NCBI RefSeq assembly: GCF_009914755.1
Contig: NC_060935.1
DNA from: the human T2T-CHM13v2.0 reference genome, Homo sapiens
Strand: one strand, 5' to 3'
DNA length: 64,000 nucleotides
Shown: positions 20,752 to 36,784 of the stretch, one piece after another
How positions within the stretch are numbered: the first letter of the stretch is position 1
Layout of the letters: every line of letters starts with the position of its first letter
Notes under the pieces: model-generated
Told to the model about the DNA's origin: nothing
The model's database searches: none
The model's input: the letters and a program-made list of their open reading frames with translations, nothing else
Translations under genes and position numbers: made by a program

Positions 20752-22257
20752 CTTTGTGGTTTTATCTACCTTTGCTCTTTGACGTTGGTGACCTACAGAT
20801 GGGGTTTTGGTGTGGATGTCCTTTTTGTTGATGTTGATGCTGTTCCTTTCTGTTTGTTAGTTTTCCTTCTAACAGTCAGGACCCTCAGGTGCAGGTCAGT
20901 TGGAGTTTGCTAGAGGTCCACTCCAGACCCTGTTTGCCTGGGTATCACACTCGGAGGCTGCAGAACAGCAAACATTGCTACCTGATCCTTCCTCTGGAAG
21001 CTTTGTCTCAGGGGGCACCTGGCTCTATGAGGTGTCAGTTGGCCCCTACTGGGAGGTGTCTCCCAGTTAGGCTACACAGGGGTCAGCAACCCACTTGAGA
21101 AGGCAGTCTGTCCATTCTCAGAGCTCAAACTCCATGCTGGGAGAACCACTGCTCTCTTCAGAGCTGTCAGATGCAACATTTAAGTCTGCAGAAATATCTT
21201 CTGCCTTTTGTTCAGCTATGCCCTGCCCCCAGAGGTGGAGTCTACAGAGGCACACAGGCCTCGTTGAGCTGTGGTGGGCTCCACCCAGTTCGAGCTTTGT
21301 TTACCTACTCAAGCCTCAGCAATGGCAGACGCCCCTTCCCCAGCCCAGGCTGCCACCTCGCAGTTGGATCTTGGACTGCTGCACTAGCAGTGAGCGAGGC
21401 TCCATGGGCATGGGACCCGCTGAGCCAGACATGGGATATAATCTCTTGGTGTGCCATTTGCTAAGATTGTTGGAAAAGCGTAGTATTAGGGTGGGAATGT
21501 CCTGGTTTTCCAGGTACTTTCATGGCTTCCCTTGGCTGGGAAAGGGAAATCCCTGGACCCCTTGTGCTTCCTGGGTGAAACCTTGCCCCATCCTGCTTCA
21601 ACTCACCCTCTCGGCTGCACCCACTGTCCAACCAGTCCCAGTGAGATGAACCAGGTACCTCAGTTGGAAATGCAGAAATCACCCATCTTCTGCATTGATC
21701 ATGCTGGAAGCTGAAGACCGGAGCTGTTCCATTTTCAGTGTTGAATTTTTAAAAATGCTTTTTTGCCATTTTTAGAGATGGTCATATCAACTTTCACTTT
21801 TGATTGACTACTGTGATGAATTATTTTAATGGATTTCCTTATACTGAATCATTTTGCATTTCAAGAATAAACTGTATTTGATCATGGTATAATTTCTTTC
21901 AATATGACATTCTATTTTTAATATTTTACATATAACTTTTGTATCTTTTTTAGGTGAGAATGATATATAGCTTTTTAAAATATAATCTTTATGTGGATTT
22001 TGTCTTTTATGTTTTATATAAAAATTTGAATAATTTTCCTTTTCTATGATACAGAACAACTTAAGTATCAGTTGGGTCATCTGATTTCTATCTGTTTGGT
22101 AGTAATGCACTATAAAATCATCTGGGCCTGAGGTTGTTGTGAAGAATAAATTTTGAAAACTCTCTTAGCTTCTTGTGTGATAATTAACTTCTTAGAACTT
22201 TCTGTCTCAACTTTTTATTTTGACCAAAGTTACCCATTTCATCAAGGTTTTAAAATG

Positions 22258-22586
22258 CAGTCATGAAATTACATACATCCCCGTGTGAATTACAGGGATG
22301 CATTTTAAGAATTATGTTGTTAGGTTATTTCATTATTGTGCAACATCATACAATGTAATTATACAAACTTAGATGTATAGCCTATTGCACACTAGGTAAT
22401 ATGATATAGCCTATTGCTCCTAGGCTACAGACCTGTACACATCTTATGCTACTGAATATTATAGGCAATCATAACACAATGGTAAGTATTTATATATTTA
22501 AACATGGAAAAGGTACAGTAAAATTGGATATTATATTCCTATAGGACCACTGTCATATTTGTGAAACATTATGTAGCATATGACTG
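22258..22586 (+). mobile_element. Tigger3a (MER7A/Golem) non-autonomous DNA transposon
   Basis: Terminal inverted repeats CAGTCATG...ATGACTG followed by TA, and the internal Tigger3 signature GCCTATTGCTCCTAGGCTACA. Confidence 0.8.
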
Positions 22587-22761
22587 TATTTGCATAGAAT
22601 TGTTCCAATTTAATTATATAGATTAAAAAAATTAATCTTGATGGTTATTTTTTCTTTGTCATATTCATTTTGTGTATTTTTACTTTCTACCTGTTTACTA
22701 AAGACATAAGTTAACTAGAGGTTTGTCCATTTTACTAATATTTTTTAAAGGACAAGATTAT

Positions 22762-22916
22762 TTCCCTTCCTTTCTTCCTTCCTTCCCTCTTCTTCCCTCC
22801 TCTTCTCCCTCCCTCCCTCCCTCCCTTCCTTCCTTCCGTCCGTTTGTCCTTTTCTCCGTCCTTTTTTCCTTCCTTTTTTCCTTGTTCCTTCCTTTTTTAC
22901 TTCCTTCCTTCCTTCC
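22762..22916. repeat. (CCTT)n polypyrimidine tract, degenerate L1 tail
   Basis: Direct inspection. Confidence 0.85.
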
Positions 22917-23168
22917 TATACTTTAAGTTCTGGGGTACATTTGCAGAACGTGCAGGTTTGTTACAAAGGTATACATGTGCCATGGTGGTTTGCTGCTCCC
23001 ATAAACCCGTCATCTACATTAGGTATTTGTCCTAATGCTATCCATCCCCTAGCCCCCTGCCCCCTGCCCCCTGACAGGCCCCAGTGTGTGATGTTCCCCT
23101 CTCTGTGTCCATGTGTTCTCATTGATCAACTCCCACTTATGAGTGAGAACATGCAGTGTTTGGTTTTC
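22917..23168 (-). mobile_element. 5'-truncated L1PA7-like 3' end
   Basis: TATACTTTAAGTTCTGGGGTACA...CCGTCATCTACATTAGG 3'UTR sequence. Confidence 0.85.
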
Positions 23169-23440
23169 TTTTCTTTCTCTCTCTCCTTTCTTTCTTTTTC
23201 TCTCCTTTCTTTTTCTTTCTTTCTTTGTTTCTTTCTTTCTTTTGTTTCTTTCTTTCTCTTTCCTTTATTTCTTTCTCTCCCTTCCCCCATTCCCTCCCTC
23301 CCTCCTTCTTTCTTTCTCCCTTCTCCGTCCCTCCCTTCCTTCCTTCTTCTCTTTCTTCCTTCCTTCCTTCTTCCCTTCCTTCATTCCTTCCTCTTTCTCT
23401 CTCTCTTTTCTCTCTTTCTCCAGTCTTTCTATCCTTCTTA
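23169..23440. repeat. CT-rich polypyrimidine low-complexity tract
   Basis: Direct inspection. Confidence 0.85.
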
Positions 23441-24482
23441 GTGCTGTTTTCTTTTTTTACTATTTTCTCATTTATTTTTGCTTTTCTCTTTAGTAATTCT
23501 ACTTTACTTCAATATTCTTTGTAATTTTCACCACTTTTGGAGTGGGGTCTGTTTTCACTTTTATTGATAGAAAAAATGAAATTTATAAATTTTTATTTAA
23601 GCATTTACTTTAGCTGTATCCCCTAGATACAATATATTGTATTTTATTCTTCATTGCTTTAAGAAATTCTGCAATTAGTTTTTATATTTACTCCTTGACA
23701 CAAGATGTGAGTGAAGTTTTCTTTTTTTTAATAATTCCAGGTGGAAGGACTTCTAAAAGATTTTATTATTAATTTCTAGTTTTATTGCTCTGTGGTCAGA
23801 ATATACTATTTTTATTTTTTATTTATTGCATTCTGGTCGGAATGTACCATTTGTATTTTTTATGTTTTGGAATTCATTGTTTGTTTTAACTTCTCTGTGG
23901 CCTAATATATTGTTAATTTTATAAATGTTCCATGTGTACTCTGAAAGAAAGTACACCTCTATTATTGGAAAACAGTTTCCAAACATATCAATAAGATCTA
24001 CATTGTTGCAGATAAATCTTATTCTACAATATAGAATATTGTTTAGATATTGCATATTATTACTAGTCACTTTATCTACTTGGTGTATCTGGTTTTGTAA
24101 GAAGCCAATATAAGAATAATTTTCTTTTATTAGGTGAGTTAAGTTCACTTGCATTTATTGACATTATGGATGTATTTGATATTGTTTTATGTTGGATTTA
24201 CTTTAAACTCATGTTTTTCATTAACCTTTTTTGTTTTATTTGAAATTTATTTTTTGTTAAAACAGACACATTTTTACTTTTGCATAATACTGTTACTGAC
24301 CTCTTATTTAGATATAACCCAATGATGTCCCACTATGACCAACACTGAGGTTAAGATCTATTTCTGCTTTTCTTTACTGCCTCTCCCTTATAATCCAATT
24401 TTATATTCTAGTATTATCTTAAGATTACTTTTTATAGTCTTAAGTATTCTAACCATTTCCTGTTTGATTTGTCAGCTTTAAG

Positions 24483-24521
24483 ACACACACACACACACAC
24501 ACACGCACACTCACACGCACA
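24483..24521. repeat. (CA)n microsatellite
   Basis: Direct inspection. Confidence 0.9.
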
Positions 24522-26693
24522 CCAGTTAATACCTGTATAATAATCAGAAGGCTTACTTCCCATTTACTCTTAATTTTCTCAGTTTTGTCATTTTTAATTT
24601 TTCATAATCTTAGAGCATATACCATTTGAAACTATTGTAATACACATAACTCTATCCTTTAGTCTTATTTCTATAGATAATTATATTTAATGCTTACTCC
24701 TCAAACATTATGTTAAAATTTTTTCAATTATTTTGTGGCTGTCTGAAGCTTATTCTTAGCAAATTCCTCAAGATAGGCTCGTACAAACAATATGTCCTAA
24801 GCTCTACCATGTTTATGACCTCTATGTTGAAGGAATTTGGGATGGATTTTCAACCCTAGTTTGCATTTTCGTTCTTTGACTATTTTAAATGTGCTACATT
24901 GTTTCCTAGCATGAAATATTGCTGTTAAGATGTTTAATCTAACTTGATGATCTTTCCCTATAAATGACTTAGACTTTCCCTCCCAAGATACTAAAAAGGT
25001 TCTTTTTTGTATTTAAAGGCCAATATTTTCACTAGCAAATGACTTTGTGCTGACAATTCTGGGTCAATTTACCATGGCAACAGTGTGCTTGTTCAATATA
25101 TAGATACAAGTTTTCTTTTACTCTAGGGAAAGTTTTTTGAAGTATAGTTTCAAACATTTATCTTTTATACATTTCTTTTTGTTTTTCTTTTTTCTTTTTG
25201 GTGGGGAGGACAAATTGGTGTCTCTTGGGCCTTCCTTGCTTATATTCTATGTCACTTTTTCTTGAGCCATTTAAAAAATCTTTGATATTTTGTGACTTAT
25301 TTATTATTGTTGTTATTATTAATTTATTTTCTTTTGTTCTCTATTTCTCTAAACATACTTTCTTTGATGTTTATTCACTCTTGTATTCCTTTAATTTAAT
25401 CTTAGGTTCTGAATTTTTTTTTTCTAATTCTTTTCTGAAATGTCAATTCCTGCTTGATGTATTCCTCTTGTCTAGTCATGTGATACCTGAGCTTTTCCAA
25501 TTTTTTGATTTGTGCCGTTGTTTCCAAGCTTCAGTACTTCTCAAAATTGTGGTTACCTCATTTTGAAACATTTGGATAAAGTTGTCTGCTTCGTGGTCAC
25601 ATTTTAAGATGTATTTAATTATTTGTCAAAGTGTTACAAGGCTCCTTTTCAACTTCTTTTTTCCATGCAATAATTCAGTATGGGTTATTATTTCGTTGCT
25701 GTTATTATACTTGTTTAAATAACTTTAGTGTTCTTAGAGTATTATATTAGAAGGAAATACGTTTGGAAGAAGTGAGCTATGTCAATTTTTTTTTCTGGGC
25801 TTACAGTTTAAGCATTCCCTCGTATGTGGTTACCATGAAAAACACAAAATATGGCCTCTCTCTGAGCTGAGTTTGTTTGAGAAAAATGTTCTAGCTCCAG
25901 CCTTTGTGCTCTGTTCACCTTGCATTCTCTGGGGTGTGCTCACCTTTGGAAGCTGCACTTGGCTGTTAAAGTACTTTCTGGGTTTGGGTCCTCTGGGCCT
26001 CCTGTATAAACCTTCTCTCTTATTCTCAGTCTTTCTGCTGTCCTCAGTTTGGTTCCTGTTCCCAGTGGCTTTTCTTCAGGGTAGAATCAGTTTATCTGGA
26101 AATATTTGCTGAATCATTCTGAGGTTAGAGAACCACACACATCTTGTTTTTCCTGTGTCTGGGGGCAAACTTTATGCTCATTTGCAACCATAGAGCCTCT
26201 AGGGATGTTATTTTTGTCACGTTCCTAGATCTATGTGCTAAGGTTTCTCCCAGAGTAGGGTGCTTTCCTTTGCAGGTCAATTTTTGGGGCAATTTTTAAA
26301 TTTCCCCAATTTGGAGAGTCAGTTGGTAATCTCCTTTTCTTCCATGCCTTCCTGGCCACACTGCTGAAAATCCCAAGCAGGCTATTGTTGTTGGTAGTTC
26401 GGTAGCACTCAACTGGCTCCTGGGCCTGTGAGGGTTTTCTGTCATGAGGTTTTCTTGATAATACCCTCTAGATATTTTCTCCCTTTGCTATCAAGGTTGA
26501 TCTATTTGGTTTGTTGGTGGTGTTTTGGGACACTGAAAAACTACACCATCACCATGATCATGTTGTTCTCTTTTGCCTTCTATTAAATGAACTTGCTTCC
26601 TACTTTGACAAGAAATTGAAATCATTATATATTTCATCTCTAAACTTTCTTCCTACTTCCCCATATATAAAAATGTACCTATATCCAGATCTA

Positions 26694-27002
26694 TTTTTTT
26701 TTTTTTTTAGACAGAGTCTCACTCTGTCGCCCAGGCTGGAGTGCAGTGGCGCAATCTTGGCTCACTGCAAGCTTTGCCTCCCGGGTTCATGCCATTCTCC
26801 TGCCTCAGCCTCCTGAGTAGCTGGGACTACAGGTGCCCACCACCATGCCTGGCAAATTTTTTTTTTTTGTATTTTTGTATTTTTAGTAGAGACGGGGTTT
26901 CACCGTGTTAGCCAGGATGGTCTCGATCTCCTGACCTCATGATCCACCCGCCTCAGCCTCCCAAAGTGCTGGGATTACAGGTGTGAGCCACCGCACCCAG
27001 CC
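26694..27002 (-). mobile_element. AluY
   Basis: AluY diagnostics (GCAAGCT, GCCATTC, CACCGTGTTAGCCAGGATGG); TSD CAGATCTAT. Confidence 0.93.
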
Positions 27003-27876
27003 CAGATCTATCTTTATTATCTTTTCAGACTCAAGAAAATGTTCTAAGTATAACATGTGGGCAGGCCTGACAATGCTATCTGTAGCTTTGATTATCTCTC
27101 TTCTCACTATTTCTGGGAACTTACTCTGTTGAAAATCCCCTGTTCTCTCCTTTATATTCAGCCTCTTTTTTTCCTAAATCCTCCTCCTTAGCCCATAAAC
27201 ATGATCATCTTAAAAAAATCTTTCTTTGACACTATCCCTTCAAGATACCATCTAATATCTCTTTTTACCTAAACGTTGATGAGTCAGTCTTTATTTCTCA
27301 CCTCCCAATTACTGTAACTCACTGCAAACTGCCTTCCATTCTCTCCATTAAAAAAAAATCAAACTTGTTATAGTCATCAAGAAATTACTACTTGCAGATT
27401 CAGTGGACACCTCCAGATTTATCATATTTGACCTCACTGTTATAGAGTGTTATATATTGCCCTCCTGTACTCTTCTGTGTTGCCTGTAAATTCTCTCTGA
27501 CCATTCCTTTTCATTTCTCTGGTTCCATGTCTTCCACTAATACCTTAATATTCCTGCTTTTTAGAGCTTCCTTCCTAGCTTACTTGTTTTGTAATTCTAC
27601 ATTTTTTTCTCATTTACTCTCAAGACTTTAATGACTACTCATAGGGTGGAAACTTCCAAGGTTTTATCTCCTGGACATTTCTCCTCTAAGCTTCAAATTT
27701 ATTTATCTATGGGCTAGGCACCCGCAAACAAATGTTCGAAAGGTGTCTCAAACTCATTATGCCTCCAAATGAACTCATCTTTCTTCTCTAGGATACCCTG
27801 TCTTAGTGGTAGCAAGTCATACAAGTTAGAAACCCAAGAGTTGTTAATGATTATACTTCTCTTTCAGTTATTTCCA

Positions 27877-28170
27877 TTTATTTATTTATTTAGAGACAGA
27901 GTCTCACTCTTTCGCCCAGGCTGGAGTACAGTGGCACAGTCTTAGCTCACTACAACCTCTGCTTCCCAGGTTCAAGTGATTCTCGTGCCTCAGCTATCTG
28001 AGTAGTTGGAATTACAGGTGTGTGCCATCACACTGGGCTAATTTTTGTATTTAGTAGACAGGGTTTCACCATGTTGGCCAGGCTGGTCTCTAACTCCTGA
28101 CCTTAAGTGATCTGCCTGCCTCGGCCTCCCCAAGTGCTGGAATTACAGGCGTGAGCCACTGCACCCAGCC
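27877..28170 (-). mobile_element. AluS (Sx-like)
   Basis: Full dimer, (TTTA)n tail, TSD ATTTCCATTTATT. Confidence 0.92.
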
Positions 28171-28413
28171 CATTTCCATTTATTCATACGCTAAATCCTG
28201 TTAAATTTTTCTCCAAAATGCCCTTTAAATTGGTCCTTTAAAACAAATCCCTTGTGTCACTCCACCATATCCCTTGTCTGTGTGGTCTTCTTGCTTCCAG
28301 TGTTCTTTCCCTCAATTATTAGAGCGATCTACTTGATCACGTCACTGCCCTACTTTAAACTCTTCCATGGGCCCCTGTAGCTTTCACAGTGAAGACCAAG
28401 TTCTGTGACCTGA

Positions 28414-28763
<350 letters not shown>

Positions 28764-29705
28764 TGGCCTATGGATTTCTTAACAGTTTCTCCTTTTAACG
28801 CTCCTAGATGGTAGCACCCTGTTTCGCCAATACTGAATAGCTTCAGCTCTCTGAATGTACCATGTTGCTTTGGTTTTCTATGCCTTTGATTTTGCTATTC
28901 CCTTACCCCCTTTCCTTTACTTGTGTAACCTCTATTTATTCTTTAAGGTCAGATTCAGATATTAACTTCCTCATGAAGACTACCCTGACACCTGGCCATC
29001 TCTGTTCCCAAACATAAGCTGTATTATCTCTGCTCAGTGTTACTTAGTACCCATAGCTCACTGATGTCATTTCACTTCACATACTTTGTTACAGTAGACT
29101 CCCTCTATGCTTTTTTACCTCCTTCCCCACATCCTTTCTTGGGTCCCCAGAATTTACCATAATATATAATATTTAGAAGTCACTTAATATACTATTAAAA
29201 AGGCCACTCATTTGGATTTTAGCACTATGGGTATAAGTAAGAATACAGTTGTTACTTTTTTGTATTTTTGTATTATTTATCACATTAGCCAAATTTTTTG
29301 AACATAATTGGTGCTTAATAATTACTCTGTGACAGATAAAGTTGATGGATGTCTCAGCTCTTAAGAAGTATGGTCTTTAGTGAAACAGGTTACAGGGAAA
29401 ACCTTCCAGGCTTGAAGTGTGAAGAAATCTGGCTTAGAGAAAAAGGTCCATGAATGATGTTACTTGGAGACCTGTAGCTCTCACTAGCTATGCCCTTGTA
29501 GGGTAATCTTCCTGACTACGAGATGGGATGAGCACCTATATAAGTGCTATGATCCCTTAAAGCTATAAAATTTGATCCTAAGTAATAGTCCAGATTGTTA
29601 TTTTCAAGAAGCTATTTCAAAGAAGATGGGATGGATGGGGGTTATCCTGGTGTAATAGAATGACAGCTTAATGAAAACCTGAGACAAAATCATTAACACC
29701 TGATG

Positions 29706-29998
<293 letters not shown>

Positions 29999-31419
29999 GC
30001 ACCAAATATCTTCCCTGTAGACACAGATTCATGAATTTTCACCAGATGCTGTGACCTTCGTCTCATGCCAGTTCTCCTCCACTTTTGAGCCCCCACTCAT
30101 TCTGTTCCTCCCACCCACAGTGTTCTTCCTTCCCCCTCTGCCTATCCATCCTACCCACTCCCTCCAAGGCCCAGAGCACCTTCTACTTCCCTATCCGTAT
30201 TTTTCCTTTTTTTTACTTCTTTTCACTAGAATTGTCATCATTACTACACTCCTGTGTTTTATTGTTCTCATATTTAATGTGACTTAAATTTATTTTTATG
30301 AGGAGATATTTTAAGCTCCTAGATGGCCAAAGTATAAGATTTAAAAAATCTTAACATCCCAGTCAGGGACTAGCACTGTGTTGGCCTCATGGTGGACCCT
30401 TACTAAATACTTGCAAGTTGATTGGTCTATGGTGCCAATGTTAGAAAGGGTGAACATTGATATGGGGTGGTTGGTGTTGTGGGGAAATTTCCAGCAGAGT
30501 TTCCTCTTGGAGAAACTTCAACTTTTAGACCAAACATAAGGTCTTTGCTGTGAATCTGAAATCTGCTACAGATGCTGTTTGTATAGTTTTTTATTTTCAG
30601 GTTGCTAGCACTGATGGATGATGATCATGTGCTCAGGGGCGTTGGAAAAGATCAATTTGGGACCTGTGAGCCCCCCGTCTTGAAACCACACAGGGCTTAT
30701 CTTTGATTATTGGGTATAGCGCCTCTTACAAAGCCTTCCACTGTCGGTAAAGCTGCCTCAGCCTCAACTGGACAGATTCCTTTACACGAAACTAACTGCC
30801 CCAATTCTAATAGCTTCCAGCTGAGCTGGTCTGACTGTTGCTGCTGTTTCTCAGCAGTTCACAGCTTTACCACACCACTTGAAGTTCTGTACCAGTTCAT
30901 CCTTAAAGTGTCTGCCTGCTCTCCCTTGCAGTCATGGGCAAGCTTGTCTGCATGACATACTCTACATCTGCTGGCACCAAAAGCAACCCTTCTGGAGGCC
31001 TGCCACGGAGCCAGGATACAAAGTTCATTGGCTACAACGCAGCCGGGTTGGTGCTGAGGGTGGCAGATGTGCTGGATCAAGGACCTCTCTGCTACAGGAG
31101 AGGGCAGGCACTATTGTGTGGATTTTGACTGAGGGCTCATTCCACTGTCAGGAAAACCTTGACTTCTCTCATATGGAGGGCTGAGTGTGTCTTTGTTCCA
31201 AATTTATTTAAGCAGTTACTCCTAGATGCAATGCCATGTTTTCCCAAAGACCCTTTGGCAGAAGATTCTTATCTGTACTTTTCATGAACTCCTTATAGAC
31301 CGTGGTTCTTACTCCTTTTAGGTGTGATATTCAATTTTGTTAATTTGAATTTAACAAACATTTGTTAAGAGGCTGGATTGCTGAGGTTACAGCTGTGAAG
31401 AGGACAGACATACATATGT

Positions 31420-33480
<2,061 letters not shown>

Positions 33481-33726
33481 AATAGTTTAAGGAGTATAAT
33501 AATTATATATTACATATTTAAAAGATTGATACAATCACTTCTGAAACATATAAATACCTAACGGCTCTCTAATGAAATGTTCACTGTTCATTTTTTGTGT
33601 TTATTTTCTAATTGACTTAAATTTAGCTTCAAGTAGCTTTTTGTTTCAGGAAAAAAATAGCATGTTTTAGTTGGTTTTTGCACATTTGTATTTTTTTTCT
33701 ACTGCTACTATATTTACATGAGAGTG

Positions 33727-33912
33727 TTGTGGCAGAAACTGCTGACTGCTCACCCAAGTCCATTTTTTTCTTCTCTTTGGGTACACAGTTCACTACATTT
33801 TTCCAGTCTGCTTTGAGGTTAGGTGTAGCTATATGGTGAAATTCTAGATAAAGAAATATAAATGGAACTGATGTGTAGCCATTTTAAGCTTAACTTTGAA
33901 AACTTTCCATGC
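33727..33912 (+). mobile_element. MaLR LTR fragment, MLT1J-like
   Basis: TGTGGCAGAAACTGCTGACTGCTCACC...ACTACATTTTTCCAG...GTTAGGTGTAGCTATATG. Confidence 0.6.
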
Positions 33913-33984
33913 ACTTACTGTGAACCAGGCAGTTTTAGGAAATTGGGACAAGGCAGTCAACAAAGACCAACTCCCTGCGCTCTC

Positions 33985-34694
33985 TTTTTTTTTTTATTTT
34001 TATTTTTTATTATACTTTAAGTTCTGGGGTACATGTGCAGAACGTGCAGGTTTGTTACATAAGTATACATGTGCCATGGTGGTTTGCTGCACCCATGAAC
34101 CTGTCATCTACATTAGGTATTTCTCCTAATGCTATCCCTCCCCCAGCCCCCAGCACCCTGACAGGGACCAGTGTGTGATATTCCCCTCCCTATGTAGATA
34201 TGTTCTTATTGTTCAACTCCCACTTATGAGTGAGAACATGCAGTGTTTGGTTTTCTGTTCTTGTGTTAGTTTGTTGAGAATGATGGTTTCCAGCTTCATC
34301 CATGTCCCTGCAAAGGATGTGAATTCATCCTTTTTTATGGCTGCATAGTATTCCATGGTGTATATGTGCCACGTTTTCTTTATCCAGTCTATCATTGATG
34401 GGCATTTGGGTTGGTTCCAACTCTCTGCTATTGTGAATAGTGCTGCAGTAAGCATATGTGTGCATGTGTCTTTATAGTAGAATGATTTATAATCCTTTGG
34501 GTATATACCCAGTAATAGGATTGCTGGGTCAAATGGTATTTCTGGTTCTGGATCCTTGAGGAATCACCACACTGTCTTCCACAATGGTTGAACTAATTTA
34601 CACTCCTACCAACAGTGTAAAAGTGTTCTTATTTCTCCACATCCTCTCCAGCATCTGTTGTTTCCTGACTTTTTAATGATTGCCATTCTAACTG
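33985..34694 (-). mobile_element. 5'-truncated L1PA7-like element (about 700 bp) inserted in an L2
   Basis: T-rich tail, 3'UTR and ORF2 C-terminus (ORF 34213-34455); L2 sequence on both flanks. Confidence 0.9.
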
Positions 34695-35260
34695 CTTTGA
34701 GAATGTAAGGCCTACTTTGAGATTGAAGAAAGATGATATGAAGAGAAGGATAATTTGGGCAGAAAAAATAGTATGATAGAAACACAGGAGTATAAACTGT
34801 AGGCTGTTTAGAAGACAGCATGTAGGTTGGTGAGAACAGAATGTAAATGGTGATGAGGTAGGGATGGTGAGAAATGAGGGTGGTGAGATGAGCAATGACC
34901 AGATTGTGCAAAGCCATACTAAAGGGTTTTATGTAACCAGTGAAGTAATATGTTTAGGTGTGTGGTGTCAATCAAGTCACTCTGAAAGTGATCCAGAGAA
35001 TTACTCCCACATTAGATCCAGATAATCTAGTCAAGCACTAGACTGGTGCTGGACAAGAAACTGGATGATCACTAAGATAACAAGTTCAAGTGTCCAGGTA
35101 AGAGTTGTTGAGAATGGGGGTGGAGGTAGTTTGAGAGAGAAGAATAATGAGGTGGAAGAAAGGTGGGGCTGAGGGTGAGTCCAGGTCCTTAGTGTGGGTG
35201 GACAGTGGTCATTCACTTGGACTGGCGTTTGGGATAGAGAGCAGGTGCATTCTAATCTGC
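34695..35260 (-). mobile_element. L2 fragment
   Basis: Purine-rich antisense L2 motifs (GACCAGATTGTGCAAAGCCATACTAAAG, GTCCAGGTAAGAG). Confidence 0.55.
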
Positions 35261-36784
35261 AGGATTGAAAACATTTAAATTTTGTATGTACATATCAGTT
35301 AGATGGCTGCTTATCTAAAATTTAGGGAAAAATGTTTAAAGACATCTCTAGTTTGTGCTTGTGTATTTTCATCATAAATGGACAATTTGGACATTTTTTG
35401 GTGTTTTTCTATTGCCCTGTATTACAGGCTCAAGTTGTTTATGTATTTATTCAAGTTATTTTTATACCTTACTTTAATGAGGTTTCATGCTTCTGTTCAC
35501 AAATGTTTCCAACATTTACCTGCAGGCAGAATTGAATAAGCATGATTTCCAAGTGGATAGTTTATTCACAGCTTTCTTTAGAATTTTGAAAAGGTGTCAG
35601 AGTTGTCAGTGTAAAGTGTTTCCTCATTTCTCTTAGGGTCTTTTCACACTTTTTAATAAATGCTGATATATAATTCTTACAGGAAATGAATAGTTATGAA
35701 TCATAAGTGTAATAACTCAACAAAATTGTTATGCTATTTCAAAAAGGTGCCTTTTGAAGGTAAATTAGGACACTTGTCCAAATAGTGTTTATACATTTTT
35801 GGTGAAGAAGGTGTTTAAGGTACAAGAAAAGTTGTGAAGTTTCCTTGGAATTGACTCATAGATTAATAATTTGAGATTTTTTTCTTTATGCTTACTAGTT
35901 TCAAAAACATATACATACAAGAAAAGTGAATAAGTCATTTGTCATATATTTTCTATTTTTGACCTTTTCTTTTCCTATCTTTACAAATTCACATTCACTC
36001 AGAATTAATTTAAAAAATGTGGTAACTAATTATTAAAAGCAATTTACAAAGTTAAAACTATACCAACATAAAAAAAATTTCAAATTCTGGATACTTTGAT
36101 ATACTAAGGTTTCTATTGTCTGTTTTTAATGTTATGTCTGACATTTAAAAATATGTAGAATGCTGTTTTCCATTAGTCTAAAATACATAATTATCTGTTC
36201 TACCTGTTTTAGAACTACATGAACTTAAAAAAATTTTAATTTCATTTATAATTTTGCATTTTTTTGATTCTTCACAGGCATTGAGTTTAAAGATTTACTG
36301 AATTATGTACTAGGTCAGCACTTCTTTGTGCTTTTTTTTTTTTGCCAAATGTAGCTATTTTTTTAAATCTTCTTTAAACTGTTTACTTTTCATAGTATAG
36401 TTCCATAATTCCTAGGTAAGCCTTCAAGTGTGCTAGGCAAAATAAATCTTCAATTTCACTAAAACATAATTCTGATTTTGGTTGGTGACATTCTTTCTCT
36501 GCCAGGTTTTTCATATTTAGGTCTATGAATTTTTTTCCATAGCACCATCTGTCTACTCTTTGGTCTTCTTTGAAACTGCCAGCATTCTTAGGCTAATGTG
36601 CGGGGAAGCAAGGCATATTCCAGAAAAAGAATGTGTGCTCTAAGATGTTGAAGCCTAACTATGGCTAAGTGTGTCAAAAGCTGATCCTATGCTAGAAGTA
36701 GCATTCAAGCAGACTCCTGTTTCTTCATTTTCAATTTCATTCCTCCAATTCTATTTTTTTTCGGTTGCATTACTTTAAAAAACT

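Larger units (their letters stand above)
21751..25600 (-). mobile_element. Ancient L1M ORF2/ORF1 remnants with nested elements
   Basis: Degenerate antisense L1 sequence; the ORF at 23819-24154 (-) retains endonuclease-like 'TWNIYKINNILGH'. Confidence 0.55.

Noticed and set aside
22723-23524. F/L/S/P-rich ORFs of 63-166 aa
   Set aside because: Stop-free reading of CT-rich low-complexity tracts.
30710-31184. Overlapping 64-101 aa ORFs as a protein-coding exon or processed pseudogene
   Set aside because: No recognisable protein similarity, poly(A) or TSD; kept only as a possible non-coding element.
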